This document shows, piece after piece, positions 29,301 to 37,654 of a stretch of 64,000 nt of DNA. Source of the DNA: an uncultured Fidelibacterota bacterium. GTDB taxonomy: Bacteria > Fidelibacterota > Marinisomatia > Marinisomatales > UBA1611. The stretch's first letter is position 1. Every line of letters begins with the position of its first letter. The stretch covers positions 1-64,000 of the forward strand of contig CAJWHW010000005.1 in the NCBI GenBank assembly GCA_913040915.1, in the 5' to 3' direction. The translations under genes were made by a program, and so were the position numbers. The notes beneath the pieces are model-generated. The model had not been told where the DNA came from and did no database searches. It saw nothing but the letters and a program-made list of their open reading frames with translations.

Positions 29301-29627
29301 ATCCATATACTCTGACTCTAGAATTGAAATCTCCATATGGGCTAAATCTGGAATTTTAATCGATCTTGCCATTCGAGGTAAATCGGGTGCACCAGCTTCC
29401 AAAATAGGGATTCCACCAGGTAATGTAATTTTCTTTTTACCGTTTGGAAGAATCTCTACAAAATATCCACCTAAGTCAAAAGAAACTTCTAACTGGCTAT
29501 CAGAGATAATATTTACGTTCCATTCCGGTTCAGAAGGTTCAGCATTGCCTACATCTACCCACTCTCTCCCAAAAAGATTACCCAATGCAAATATGCTAAT
29601 AATATAAATTGTTTCGATTTGTCTCAT
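26334..29627 (-). CDS. C25 family (gingipain-like) cysteine peptidase with propeptide and C-terminal dockerin-like domain
   Basis: Propeptide G.PDLP, YVLLVGD, IGRFSAE, NYTGHGS (His), SVACVNG (Cys), FGDPS; tail GDTNLDGLISIFD...ADMNLDGIVNLYD. Confidence 0.9.
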   Translation of the reverse strand: MRQIETIYIISIFALGNLFGREWVDVGNAEPSEPEWNVNIISDSQLEVSFDLGGYFVEILPNGKKKITLPGGIPILEAGAPDLPRMARSIKIPDLAHMEISILESEYMDIDFEDLSSSKGNLLRNVDPSSILYTYGKAYQTDKFYPDEIVFLREPYVMRNTRGQSIVFQPIQFNPIQRKLRVFKYIKIFIKENGISNINPLTRRPNKGGSREFENIYSEHFLNYQTTDRYEPLDEHGPMLIISHGEFMDEMQAFIDWKNYKGIPTEIVDVANVGGVPDMEQFIADKYYEDGIAYVLLVGDIAQIESIRRSNGNGSNSPSDNSLTFISGNDAYPELFIGRFSAETGIHVETMVNRTIAYEMEPDPMADWYKKGSGFASDQGPGDDGEYDDEHLNNIRDQLLNYTYMEIDQIYDPSGTVADGEAALNEGRSIINYTGHGSNGSWGNGCPMNQTDVNGLVNIGMYPFIWSVACVNGEFHIGTCFAETWLRATASDGTPIGAVATLMSTVNQGWNPPMEGQDEMNAILVESYENNIKRTFGGLSFNGMLQMNDSYGSAGYNETYYWTCFGDPSVVVRTDTPTDMNTSHNGVMIIGATEFSIETGESGALVAISRDGELLGSTYTDGSGAATINFDTPLDVPGSIDLVVTGYNKIPYETAVNVIAPDGAYLLMGDIAVNGGSDQILDFGETGYLYVTFENVGQDSSGDLTFSLSHDGDMVDMNNTILEHTSIAAGEEVTIGPFEFMVSWNVENGSIIPFILNVTDGNETWEYETNIPVEAPEFNLLSVEFMDMGNGTLDPGESTTMQLVLNNLGNAPLNYPTFIATTSDPNITLGTVTSDNAYLWEINGNLSVTVDLTASNDAPIGHTALVGLVIGSSGTDYENVFPIPITLGLLIEDFESENFTAFDWIHSGDNEWSISSNAYSGSYSAQSGDINDGETSELAIEMNILYEGEISFWAKSSSEQGASGSIYDYLTFFINDEPVNIIIGGETDWTEYTINIPVGMHTLRWVYMKDGAQSAGQDCAWIDRIVFPAGSVPPLNIDFGDTNLDGLISIFDVIYLVNYVVGNVGFTFEQVQNADMNLDGIVNLYDVLLIVDAVLNE

Positions 29628-29724
29628 AATTTGATTATCAATAAAATTTTGTACCCTTAAAACGATTTCTCCAACAATAAAACTCATTGATTCTAGAATT
29701 AAACCATACCAGATAAATATACTT

Positions 29725-30555
29725 CTAATTGGACATAGCAGTCCAATCCTGAATCTTCTTTTCTACTATTTTTAATTCTTGCACTTTTTCTCGTTTTTTT
29801 AATCCATTTGCAAATATTTTTAATTTATTTAGCAGCATGTTTTTTACTGATTCGTATTGTTCTTCAGAAAGCGAATTGATCGCCAATATTTTTTCCAAGG
29901 ATTGAATACGAAATTGTTCAATCCCATCGGGTAGTTTAGACAGTTGATCTGGATGCCCGCCATATTTTTTGATTAACATTTCATCCAAAAATAAAACTGG
30001 ATATTTCATTGCTATCCGTAGCCATAAATCATAATCTTCGCAAACTTTCAGATCTTCATCAAAAATTCCAATATCATTTAATATAGCTTTATGAAGCAAT
30101 ACCGATGATGGTGATATTCGGCAAATATCTAGACATTTTTCAAAGATATAACCGCCATATTTTTGATGTTTTTTCATTTGATTTACCCTAACACCATTTC
30201 GAATCCAAATTTCATTAGTATGGCAAAGTAAAAAATCAGAATTATTTTCTAACGCAATAACCTGCTGTTTTAATTTAGTAGATAACCACTCATCATCTGA
30301 ATCTAGAAATGCGATCCAATCACCCCTAGCATGTTTGATGCCTGTATTTCTGGCAGAACTAACTCCCCTATTTCTTTGCTTAATCAATTTAATGCTGGGA
30401 TATTCAGATAGAATAAAATTTTTAGTACCATCAGTTGAGCCATCATCAATAACAATAATTTCTGATGGATGGTGAATTTGGTTTATTACAGAATCAATAG
30501 CACGGGACAGGGTATGTTTTCTATTATAAGTTGGAATAAGGACAGAAATATTCAT
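29725..30555 (-). CDS. Glycosyltransferase family 2
   Basis: SVLIPTYNR, IDDGSTD, GVSSARN, FLDSDD, EDYDLWLR. Confidence 0.92.
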   Translation of the reverse strand: MNISVLIPTYNRKHTLSRAIDSVINQIHHPSEIIVIDDGSTDGTKNFILSEYPSIKLIKQRNRGVSSARNTGIKHARGDWIAFLDSDDEWLSTKLKQQVIALENNSDFLLCHTNEIWIRNGVRVNQMKKHQKYGGYIFEKCLDICRISPSSVLLHKAILNDIGIFDEDLKVCEDYDLWLRIAMKYPVLFLDEMLIKKYGGHPDQLSKLPDGIEQFRIQSLEKILAINSLSEEQYESVKNMLLNKLKIFANGLKKREKVQELKIVEKKIQDWTAMSN

Positions 30556-30568
30556 CAGTTACTGGGTA

Positions 30569-30739
30569 TTAATTATTAATCTTTCCCATAATCAAATTAA
30601 CTAAAGCTAAACCCTGGATAACAATTCCTACAGATTTGAAAAGAGTGAATTCACCATCAACCTACCTTATTGGATATCTTTTTGATATGAGCTTACCTAA
30701 TTCACTTTGAACTTGATGAAATGCCCAAAATACTTCCCA
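30569..30739 (-). pseudogene. Remnant of ornithine cyclodeaminase/mu-crystallin C-terminus
   Basis: Manual translation ...HQVQSELGKLISKRYPIR*VDGEFTLFKSVGIVIQGLALVNLIMGKINN*; resembles the ELG...R...EITLFKSVG.A.QDLA motif; internal stop, no N-terminal part. Confidence 0.65.
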
Positions 30740-30800
30740 TAATTAAAATAATATACCAAATGGTTATTTTATTTAGGATTTTCTAACTCTCGTTTATAAT

Positions 30801-31682
30801 CTAAAACAATTGACTTGGATAAACGCCTTTTACTATTAGATCACTTATTTGCTGCATCACATAAGGTCGATCTTGTTTGTAAGTTACTCCAAACCATCTA
30901 GAACCACTTCTTAAAACATGAACCGATTCTTTACCGTTTTGGATTAAATCGTTTACCACTGTTGGTATCAAAAATTCACTTTTCATTTTACCACCATCCT
31001 TTTTCAAAAATTCAATAAAATTTAGTTTAAGGTAGTCAAATAATTTTGGTGTAAAGCCCCATACATTCATAGAAACTGTTTCTGTACCATTTAATTTTAT
31101 ATCCCGATCGGAAGTGATCCCATCGAGACTTTCCCTTAACTCGCTCGTTTCGATAACTGTATCCAATTCACTATTATTTACGGTGCAAAGTCCACGAGTT
31201 ACACCACCATATTGTGATAAAGTGTTGTTCAATTGAAACCCAACCATAGAAAAATTATCGGCTCCTGAGCGATAGTATTCCGCCACTACATTAAAAGACT
31301 CACTACCATAAAAATCATCACCATTGATTGCCACAAAGGGTTCGTTGATTAATTCAGAAGCTGCTAAAATGGCATGACCTGTTCCCCAGGGCTTTTTCCT
31401 ACCTGCAGGGCATTCAAACCCTTCCGGCAAATCATGAAGATCCTGAAAAGCAAATTCTACTTTTATTTTTCCTGCGTATTTATCTGTGATAACTGCTTTA
31501 AACTCTGTTTCAAAATCTCTACGAATAATAAAAACAACTTTGGTAAAGCTTGCCTTAATGGCATCATGTACAGAATAATCTATAATGGTTTCACCATTCG
31601 GCCCTACTGTATCCAACTGCTTCAACCCACCATACCTCGAACCCATTCCGGCAGCCATGACAAGAAGAGTCAACTCATTCAT
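30801..31682 (-). CDS. Sugar-phosphate nucleotidyltransferase (NTP_transferase family)
   Basis: MAAGMGSRYGGLKQ, KPWGTGHA, INGDDFYG, SMN.WGF, WFGVTY..D. Confidence 0.85.
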   Translation of the reverse strand: MNELTLLVMAAGMGSRYGGLKQLDTVGPNGETIIDYSVHDAIKASFTKVVFIIRRDFETEFKAVITDKYAGKIKVEFAFQDLHDLPEGFECPAGRKKPWGTGHAILAASELINEPFVAINGDDFYGSESFNVVAEYYRSGADNFSMVGFQLNNTLSQYGGVTRGLCTVNNSELDTVIETSELRESLDGITSDRDIKLNGTETVSMNVWGFTPKLFDYLKLNFIEFLKKDGGKMKSEFLIPTVVNDLIQNGKESVHVLRSGSRWFGVTYKQDRPYVMQQISDLIVKGVYPSQLF

Positions 31683-32081
31683 TTAAAAACCCTTTATAAT
31701 TTTATTCAACATTTGAAATTAATGTAAAAACTAAAGAGAAAATTACGCATTCATTATTTGGAATAATGTATTAATATGAATAGAAAGTTGTCGGCCCCAA
31801 TTTCTGCAATGCAAAAGGAAAATCAAATTGGTAACCCTAAAAGATAAAGAATTTCCAGAATTGTAGTAGCATCGGTAAGGAATGTTAGTACCACATGATC
31901 ATAATGAGGAAATATCTGGTTTTTTTATAGTTAATATCTAAAACTATTTAATATAATACCTGTCAAATTGCAATTAGAAGAACTGAATAAATGAATCCGA
32001 ACTAGATAGAAGACTAATTCTTCCTAATCCTACATAGAGAATGCACTAAGTGTATCTATAAGGATTATAGGATATAAGTTT

Positions 32082-32966
32082 TTAGATTATGATTTGTTTG
32101 AATTCGTTGTAAGTATAGAAGGTAAGATCAATAGACTCTTCTAAAATCGGAAGAGATTGCAGTCCCTGACCACCAAAAACAACTTTTATTCCTAAATCAT
32201 GTGCCAAACTAACGATAGATTTTGTCTGCTTTTCTGTTTTCTGTAGGTTCTTTTTTACAGTTGCCATACAGCATTGCATGTTACAGAGATAAAAAACGAT
32301 TATATCTATTTGCTTCTTTTTTAGAATGGCTTGTAGGTCTCCTAACTCAGCATGCGACCCGGTATTTAGTACGTTATATCCATAATGTCTTAAAATAATT
32401 TCAGACATTACGACCCCAAGATCCGGCAGATTATCCTCAAAATTAATACAGAGTGCAGTTTTACCATTGAATTTACCGTTGGGCTTATTTTGGTTTAAAT
32501 TTTCTGCTACCCTGGTTATTATCTTCCTACTGATAAATGTTTCAACCTGGGATAAGTAACCTTTTCTCAACGAATTTTCAACGATCATACTCGCTGGTTC
32601 AATGACTTCATCACAGATCTCTTCAACTTCGACTCCTTTTAGATAAATCCCATTGATAATCGTACTCACACTAAGATCATCAGATTCAAGGCTTGCATCT
32701 GCTAATATTACAGCTAATTCTTTGTAGCTCTTTTTGTTTATCAGGCTGTGAATCTTTTTATGATCCCGATTATTGATACCAAGTTTTGTATTTTTCCCAG
32801 CTTTTTCTTGAGCTTTGTAAAAATCACGAATATTTTGCATTGTGAACTTTCTATGACCGCCTGCAGTTTTAGTACAACTTAGTTTATCATTATCTGTCCA
32901 GCGTTTTAGGGTAGAGATATTCACACCCAATATTTCTGCAACTGTTTTTGAATTAAGATATCTCAT
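32082..32966 (-). CDS. MerR-type HTH regulator with degenerate cobalamin-binding (CarH/LitR-like) domains
   Basis: VA..LGV..STLKRW...GGHRKF HTH, then a four-helix cap and Rossmann domain; the cobalamin His motif reads DNLPDLG. Confidence 0.75.
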   Translation of the reverse strand: MRYLNSKTVAEILGVNISTLKRWTDNDKLSCTKTAGGHRKFTMQNIRDFYKAQEKAGKNTKLGINNRDHKKIHSLINKKSYKELAVILADASLESDDLSVSTIINGIYLKGVEVEEICDEVIEPASMIVENSLRKGYLSQVETFISRKIITRVAENLNQNKPNGKFNGKTALCINFEDNLPDLGVVMSEIILRHYGYNVLNTGSHAELGDLQAILKKKQIDIIVFYLCNMQCCMATVKKNLQKTEKQTKSIVSLAHDLGIKVVFGGQGLQSLPILEESIDLTFYTYNEFKQIII

Positions 32967-33106
32967 GAATAAATATACTTAAAATGGCCAATAAATTAAA
33001 CTAGTTAATGAGCGTTATGGGCTTTTTGATATAAAAATTAAATTATCTACTATATAGCATAAACAAAAAAAATTAACTAATGTAAGACTTATTTATTATT
33101 TCAGTT

Positions 33107-33748
33107 TTACTTTGTCGATACAATTAAGACATCAACAGTGATATCATCATAAATCAATTTATCACCTAAATTTTCAAAAAACTTCCCAGAGCGAAATCTC
33201 ACATCATAAAGTGAACGGTTAAATATGACTTGAGCATTGGCAGTCAGCTTACCATCTGAATCTTTTATTTTTGATATGAAGGATATCGGGTGAGTAATAT
33301 CTTTAATAGTTAATTGGCCATCAAATTTTAATTGTTCACTTGAAAACTTTTTTTCATCCCCCTGAAATTTTAAATAAGCATTAGGGTATTGGTTTACATC
33401 AAAAAAGTCAGGGCTTTTTAAGTGACCATCTAATTTCTGCTTTCCCCTACCCGTAAGATCAGTAGTATTTATAGTTGACATATCTATTTCAATATCACCA
33501 CTAATCATTCCATTATCATTTATTGCTATTCTACCACTTTTAATGTTAATGGTCCCATAATGTTCTTTGGTAGATACTTCTTTTCCAGTCCAGATTAATT
33601 TTGATTCTACGACATTCACAATATAATCTCCGGTACTTAATGGAAAGTGTTTCACAGATTCGGGTGCTGCTTTATTATCTTTTTTCTGGCCACAGCCATT
33701 AATTATGAAAGATGAAATTGTTAATAACAGTAATAATTTTTTCTTCAT
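33107..33748 (-). CDS. YceI family lipoprotein (polyisoprenoid-binding)
   Basis: Lipobox INGC; S...W.G, H.G, LDGHLKSPDFFDV..YP.A, G.LTIK.IT. Confidence 0.88.
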   Translation of the reverse strand: MKKKLLLLLTISSFIINGCGQKKDNKAAPESVKHFPLSTGDYIVNVVESKLIWTGKEVSTKEHYGTINIKSGRIAINDNGMISGDIEIDMSTINTTDLTGRGKQKLDGHLKSPDFFDVNQYPNAYLKFQGDEKKFSSEQLKFDGQLTIKDITHPISFISKIKDSDGKLTANAQVIFNRSLYDVRFRSGKFFENLGDKLIYDDITVDVLIVSTK

Positions 33749-33777
33749 TTTAGGTTTCTCTTAATTAGTATTTTTAG

Positions 33778-34092
33778 TTAAAAAAATTTATAAAGATTGG
33801 TCATTCTGTTGCAAGGGTGTTCACTAAGAATTGTCACCTTATCATTATAATTTCCAAGCCACTCCCAATCAATTTCGTTCCAATACTCTGACCCTGTATA
33901 TCCTTCTGTCTAATAATCTCTATATGTAAAAAATGAGCTTACCACTCCGTCACCAGCAGCAGATTCCATTCTCACTTCATATCTACCATATAAATAACTA
34001 TTTAATGTTCTTAGTTCTCCTCCACTATAAGGTTTTTGACTTAAACATATATTAATAAATAAAAGTATGATAATTAAAAATCTAGAAAGCAT
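33778..34092 (-). pseudogene. Truncated GH16 (lichenase-like) pseudogene
   Basis: Signal peptide plus YSGGELRT...YGRYEVRM..A.G.GVVSSFFTY; in-frame TAG at 33910-33912; the frame continues TEGYTGSEYWNEIDWEWLG (catalytic EIDxE), then loses similarity and stops at 33778. Confidence 0.8.
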
Positions 34093-34096
34093 GATC

Positions 34097-35074
34097 TTAT
34101 TTTTTCTTAAACATACGTACATAATCAATTAAATATTTACTTGGGAATATAGAATTATCAATCCCTTGTTGACCACCCCAGTCTCCACCAATTGCAAGAT
34201 TGATAATTATAAAGAAAGGGTGGTCATATGGCCACTTTTCATAATCCATATTTTCATCTTTACTATATTCAAAATATTGTTGATCATTAAAATAGCCTTT
34301 GATTTTTGTTGAATCCCAATCAACCGCGTAAGTATTATATTTGTTTTCAATTTCTTGAGAGTAATAAACACCTTGTTGTTCTGTACCAGATAAGTCACCC
34401 CAAAGATTGTTATTATGAAGACTAAAATATATGTGATTTGGATCGTACCCAACGTGTTCCATAATATCAATTTCGCCACATTTTGGCCAACCAACTAAAT
34501 CAATATTCCGACTCAACATCCAAATCGCTGGCCAAGTTCCTATGCCGGATGGTAATTTTGCTCGAATTTCAATATAACCATACTGAATTTCTAATTTATC
34601 TCTTGTATTAACTCTACCAGAATAATAGTTAGGGTCATCAGGGTTGAAAGGATTTTCCTTTTTTGCTTTAATATTCAAATTTCCATCACTTAGATATACA
34701 TTTTCTGAACTTTTAGTATATGATTGAGCTTCATTATTTACTACTCCTGCAGACATTACTTCTATATTCCAATAGTCAAGGTTTAAAGAATTTCCATTAA
34801 ACTCATCATTCCAATAATAATCGTATCCTTGAGGAATATCATCATCGCTAATACAATTCCCATCATCAATTGTAGCTTTGGAATCATAGTTTCCGGCTGA
34901 TGAATCAGTACATCCGAAATAATCACAATCCCCGTCATCAATTGAAGCTAATGAATCATAGTTTATTGCTAATGAATCGGTACACCCAATCAATGGTTGA
35001 TCTTTTTTCAGGTTTTCAGGATCTTCACAAGAAAAAAAGAATATTGGTAATAATGTGAAAAGAAAATTAATCAT
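34097..35074 (-). CDS. GH16 endo-beta-1,3-glucanase (laminarinase) lipoprotein
   Basis: Lipobox FFSC; WNDEFNG, NNE.Q.Y, YGYIEIRAKLP.G.GTWPAIWML, GEIDIMEH, INLAIGG, IDYVR. Confidence 0.92.
   Translation of the reverse strand: MINFLFTLLPIFFFSCEDPENLKKDQPLIGCTDSLAINYDSLASIDDGDCDYFGCTDSSAGNYDSKATIDDGNCISDDDIPQGYDYYWNDEFNGNSLNLDYWNIEVMSAGVVNNEAQSYTKSSENVYLSDGNLNIKAKKENPFNPDDPNYYSGRVNTRDKLEIQYGYIEIRAKLPSGIGTWPAIWMLSRNIDLVGWPKCGEIDIMEHVGYDPNHIYFSLHNNNLWGDLSGTEQQGVYYSQEIENKYNTYAVDWDSTKIKGYFNDQQYFEYSKDENMDYEKWPYDHPFFIIINLAIGGDWGGQQGIDNSIFPSKYLIDYVRMFKKK
34853..34987 (-). repeat. Two tandem GCTD..A.NYD..A..DDG.C peptide repeats
   Basis: GCTDSLAINYDSLASIDDGDC and GCTDSSAGNYDSKATIDDGNC; a third related copy at about 45812-45874. 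Confidence 0.85.
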
Positions 35075-36557
35075 GAGATGTCATTTTTGATCCATAATCT
35101 AATAGGTGGTCATCTGTCAAAATTGGAAAAGGTGGCTCTAGAGAATGATATGCTTGATTTGAATACATCGCAATTAAATCAATAGATGATAAGTGTATTG
35201 TTTCAAATTTTCCTGTGTTTATCTTAATCTTTTTTGAATATTTAACTTGAAGCGAGTCTATTTTATTAATCAATGAAGGATTAGGTAATTTATTTTCGGT
35301 CGTGTTTAAATCAATCTGCAGTCCCCCAGTATAATTCTCTTTAATGATTACGGCCTTAACATAATCATGCCATTTCTGTGTTGTTTGTATAACATTGGCA
35401 TCTTCATCAATCCCTAATTCATATCCTCTCTGGGTGATATGCATATCACGAATAAGATCTACAATCGCTAGCTTTAATTCGTTTGTGAATTGATTTGGAA
35501 TAATATTTTTTTTTCGAAAAACAAGAGGATGTTTTTTTATTAAAGCCATTAATTCATTAAGAGTCCAATATTTTCCATCATGATATAAAATATTATCATT
35601 TCCCATCTCATCGATTTGATTTAAAAATGTAAATTCCATTTTATTATCTAATTCCCAAATATGGTTTTGAATTATATTTTCCTTTTTAGAACGTTCAATC
35701 ATATAAACTTTAGCTACTTTTTCTGCGAAATTCTTATAATTAATTGTATTAAATATTATGTTTTTACCTCGCATTATATCAGAAACATACTCTGAATATT
35801 TATTTTTTGCTTTTTCATCAAGCATATCATTTTTCACTGATTCCCTAATTTCCTGCTTTTGTTTCTCTGTAATATTTACACGTTTAGTCCAACCCATAAT
35901 CTCTAAATAAAAAACTGTAGAATCAGGTAACTTATAAGGTCCGTAGATTTTATTTAATTCTGGACCTAGTACATACAGAAGTTCTTTAACTTGATTTATC
36001 ATTGGGTCGTTGAAAGTCAAGGTTTTATTGGTAAGTTTTTCTTCTATACCTAATAAATAGGCTGTCTCTCTTAAAGTATTTTCACCTGCAAAAGTCTCAA
36101 GGCTTTTTAGATCTCTTTCTTTACAAAGTATGAATTCTAATTCATATGTCCTGTTTCTTAACTCGATACGATTCAAAAGGCTTTTTTTATTTATTTTAAC
36201 ATGATCATAACCATATTTCTTCAACATGGCATGCCTCATTGCCTGCTCCTTTTGGCCTATAATGAAATATTTTTGGGTATCATTTATTTTCAAATCGGAC
36301 CGATCAAATTCAAGAGCCAATAGCTTTTCAGCAATAAGAGAATTCAAAGCTATTTTTTTATGAACGTAATTGTCTCCTATACAATAGATCGGTCTCAAAG
36401 AATATTCACATCTCTTCAAAAAATCATTGACAGTAATAACTTTATCTTCAATTTTTGCTAAGATTATTTCAGAATCAAGATTTACTTTAGGAGATTTATT
36501 GCATGAGATGTAGATTAAAAATAATAGACTATTAAATATATATAATTTTCTAATCAT
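35067..36557 (-). CDS. Lipoprotein with SurA/PrsA-N-like chaperone region
   Basis: Lipobox ISC; ILAKIEDKVITVNDF...LNSLIAEKLLALE resembles foldase N-domains; no clear intact parvulin motif. Confidence 0.6.
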   Translation of the reverse strand: MIRKLYIFNSLLFLIYISCNKSPKVNLDSEIILAKIEDKVITVNDFLKRCEYSLRPIYCIGDNYVHKKIALNSLIAEKLLALEFDRSDLKINDTQKYFIIGQKEQAMRHAMLKKYGYDHVKINKKSLLNRIELRNRTYELEFILCKERDLKSLETFAGENTLRETAYLLGIEEKLTNKTLTFNDPMINQVKELLYVLGPELNKIYGPYKLPDSTVFYLEIMGWTKRVNITEKQKQEIRESVKNDMLDEKAKNKYSEYVSDIMRGKNIIFNTINYKNFAEKVAKVYMIERSKKENIIQNHIWELDNKMEFTFLNQIDEMGNDNILYHDGKYWTLNELMALIKKHPLVFRKKNIIPNQFTNELKLAIVDLIRDMHITQRGYELGIDEDANVIQTTQKWHDYVKAVIIKENYTGGLQIDLNTTENKLPNPSLINKIDSLQVKYSKKIKINTGKFETIHLSSIDLIAMYSNQAYHSLEPPFPILTDDHLLDYGSKMTSHD

Positions 36558-36577
36558 CCAATAAAATAGGTTGATAA

Positions 36578-37654
36578 TTAAAATAAATTAAAACGAATCG
36601 TTATCAGGGAAACATCACCTAAAAGGCCTACGGACTGATAAGAGTAATCAATTCCAACATTTTGATTATTAACAAATTTTCTATCAAAACCAACGCCATA
36701 CGTTATTGTTGAAAAAGGTAATTCATAATCAAATATGGATTGATTTTCATTTGCTTGTGTAATCCCTAAACCTTTTACGCCAGCTCTAAGGTGGAATGTA
36801 TTTCCTCCCCCGATTGTATAACTGTATTGTAACCCTGAATTAATTGATTCACTATTATTATTTGGGTGCAAAACATCAACTGACATTATAAGAGATTGGT
36901 TATTTTTCGCAATCGGTTTAATTGAAGCACCTAATCTAAATATGAGTGGGAGCTCCCAAGATTCTGTTCTGAATTGACCTATAACATTATCATAATTACC
37001 ATTCTCATTTTCAAGTATATCTATAGGATTGATCAAATCGATACCATCATACTTCATTTTTGTACCGTAGTTTGATATACTCATACCAATTCTTATTCCA
37101 TCATTTCTATTCTTTGTTCTAGAAAAATAATTGGTTTTAATAATTACTCCTATATCAACAGCGTTAGCTCTTGCTGATGAATGCCAAATATTAGAATTAA
37201 TCATCTTTAAGGATACCCCAAAAGAGAACCAATTAACTAAACTCCTAGCATAGGCGATTGCTGCTGCTAATTCATTTGCCGAGTAATACTCTCCTGTACC
37301 ATTTTGGTTTTGTACATTTGTCACTTCTATAGAACCATAATCAAAATCAGTAAACCAAGCACTTATAACACCATAATTACCCATATTGAATGCTCCTGCT
37401 GTAGAAAAATGTTTTATGCCTGCAACCCAATTTTGAGATGAAATACCTATTTCTAATCCATTTACATTTGCCAAACCCGCAGGATTCCAATAAGCAGATA
37501 TTGCATCTTCCGCTAAGCTGACATATGCTTCTCCCATTGCGACAGCATTACTGCTGATCCCAATTTCTAAAAAATTTGCAGATGTCGTCCCATATCTATA
37601 TTGTGAATAAATTATATTTCCAAGGAGAATAATAAAAACAAATATATTTTTCAT
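36578..37654 (-). CDS. PorV/PorQ (UPF0164)-like outer-membrane beta-barrel
   Basis: GTTSANFLEIG..S..AMGEA......D..A.YWNPAGL; FSFG...K, D.G, LP..FR.G; terminal Phe. Confidence 0.85.
   Translation of the reverse strand: MKNIFVFIILLGNIIYSQYRYGTTSANFLEIGISSNAVAMGEAYVSLAEDAISAYWNPAGLANVNGLEIGISSQNWVAGIKHFSTAGAFNMGNYGVISAWFTDFDYGSIEVTNVQNQNGTGEYYSANELAAAIAYARSLVNWFSFGVSLKMINSNIWHSSARANAVDIGVIIKTNYFSRTKNRNDGIRIGMSISNYGTKMKYDGIDLINPIDILENENGNYDNVIGQFRTESWELPLIFRLGASIKPIAKNNQSLIMSVDVLHPNNNSESINSGLQYSYTIGGGNTFHLRAGVKGLGITQANENQSIFDYELPFSTITYGVGFDRKFVNNQNVGIDYSYQSVGLLGDVSLITIRFNLF

Noticed and set aside
31683..32081. 400-bp gap as a possible ncRNA, cobalamin riboswitch or gene remnant
   Set aside because: Several frames give short protein-like stretches with many stops but no motif I can assign, and no B12-box or strong hairpin is visible; needs BLASTx and Rfam
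22567..33777. tRNA-Glu as integration site of a genomic island
   Set aside because: No integrase or transposase and no duplicated tRNA 3' end found by eye; an intact terminator directly follows the tRNA
33910..33912. Programmed TAG read-through or recoding in the small GH16
   Set aside because: Other genes terminate normally at TAG, and the GH16 is also truncated shortly after the catalytic motif, so pseudogenisation is the simpler explanation
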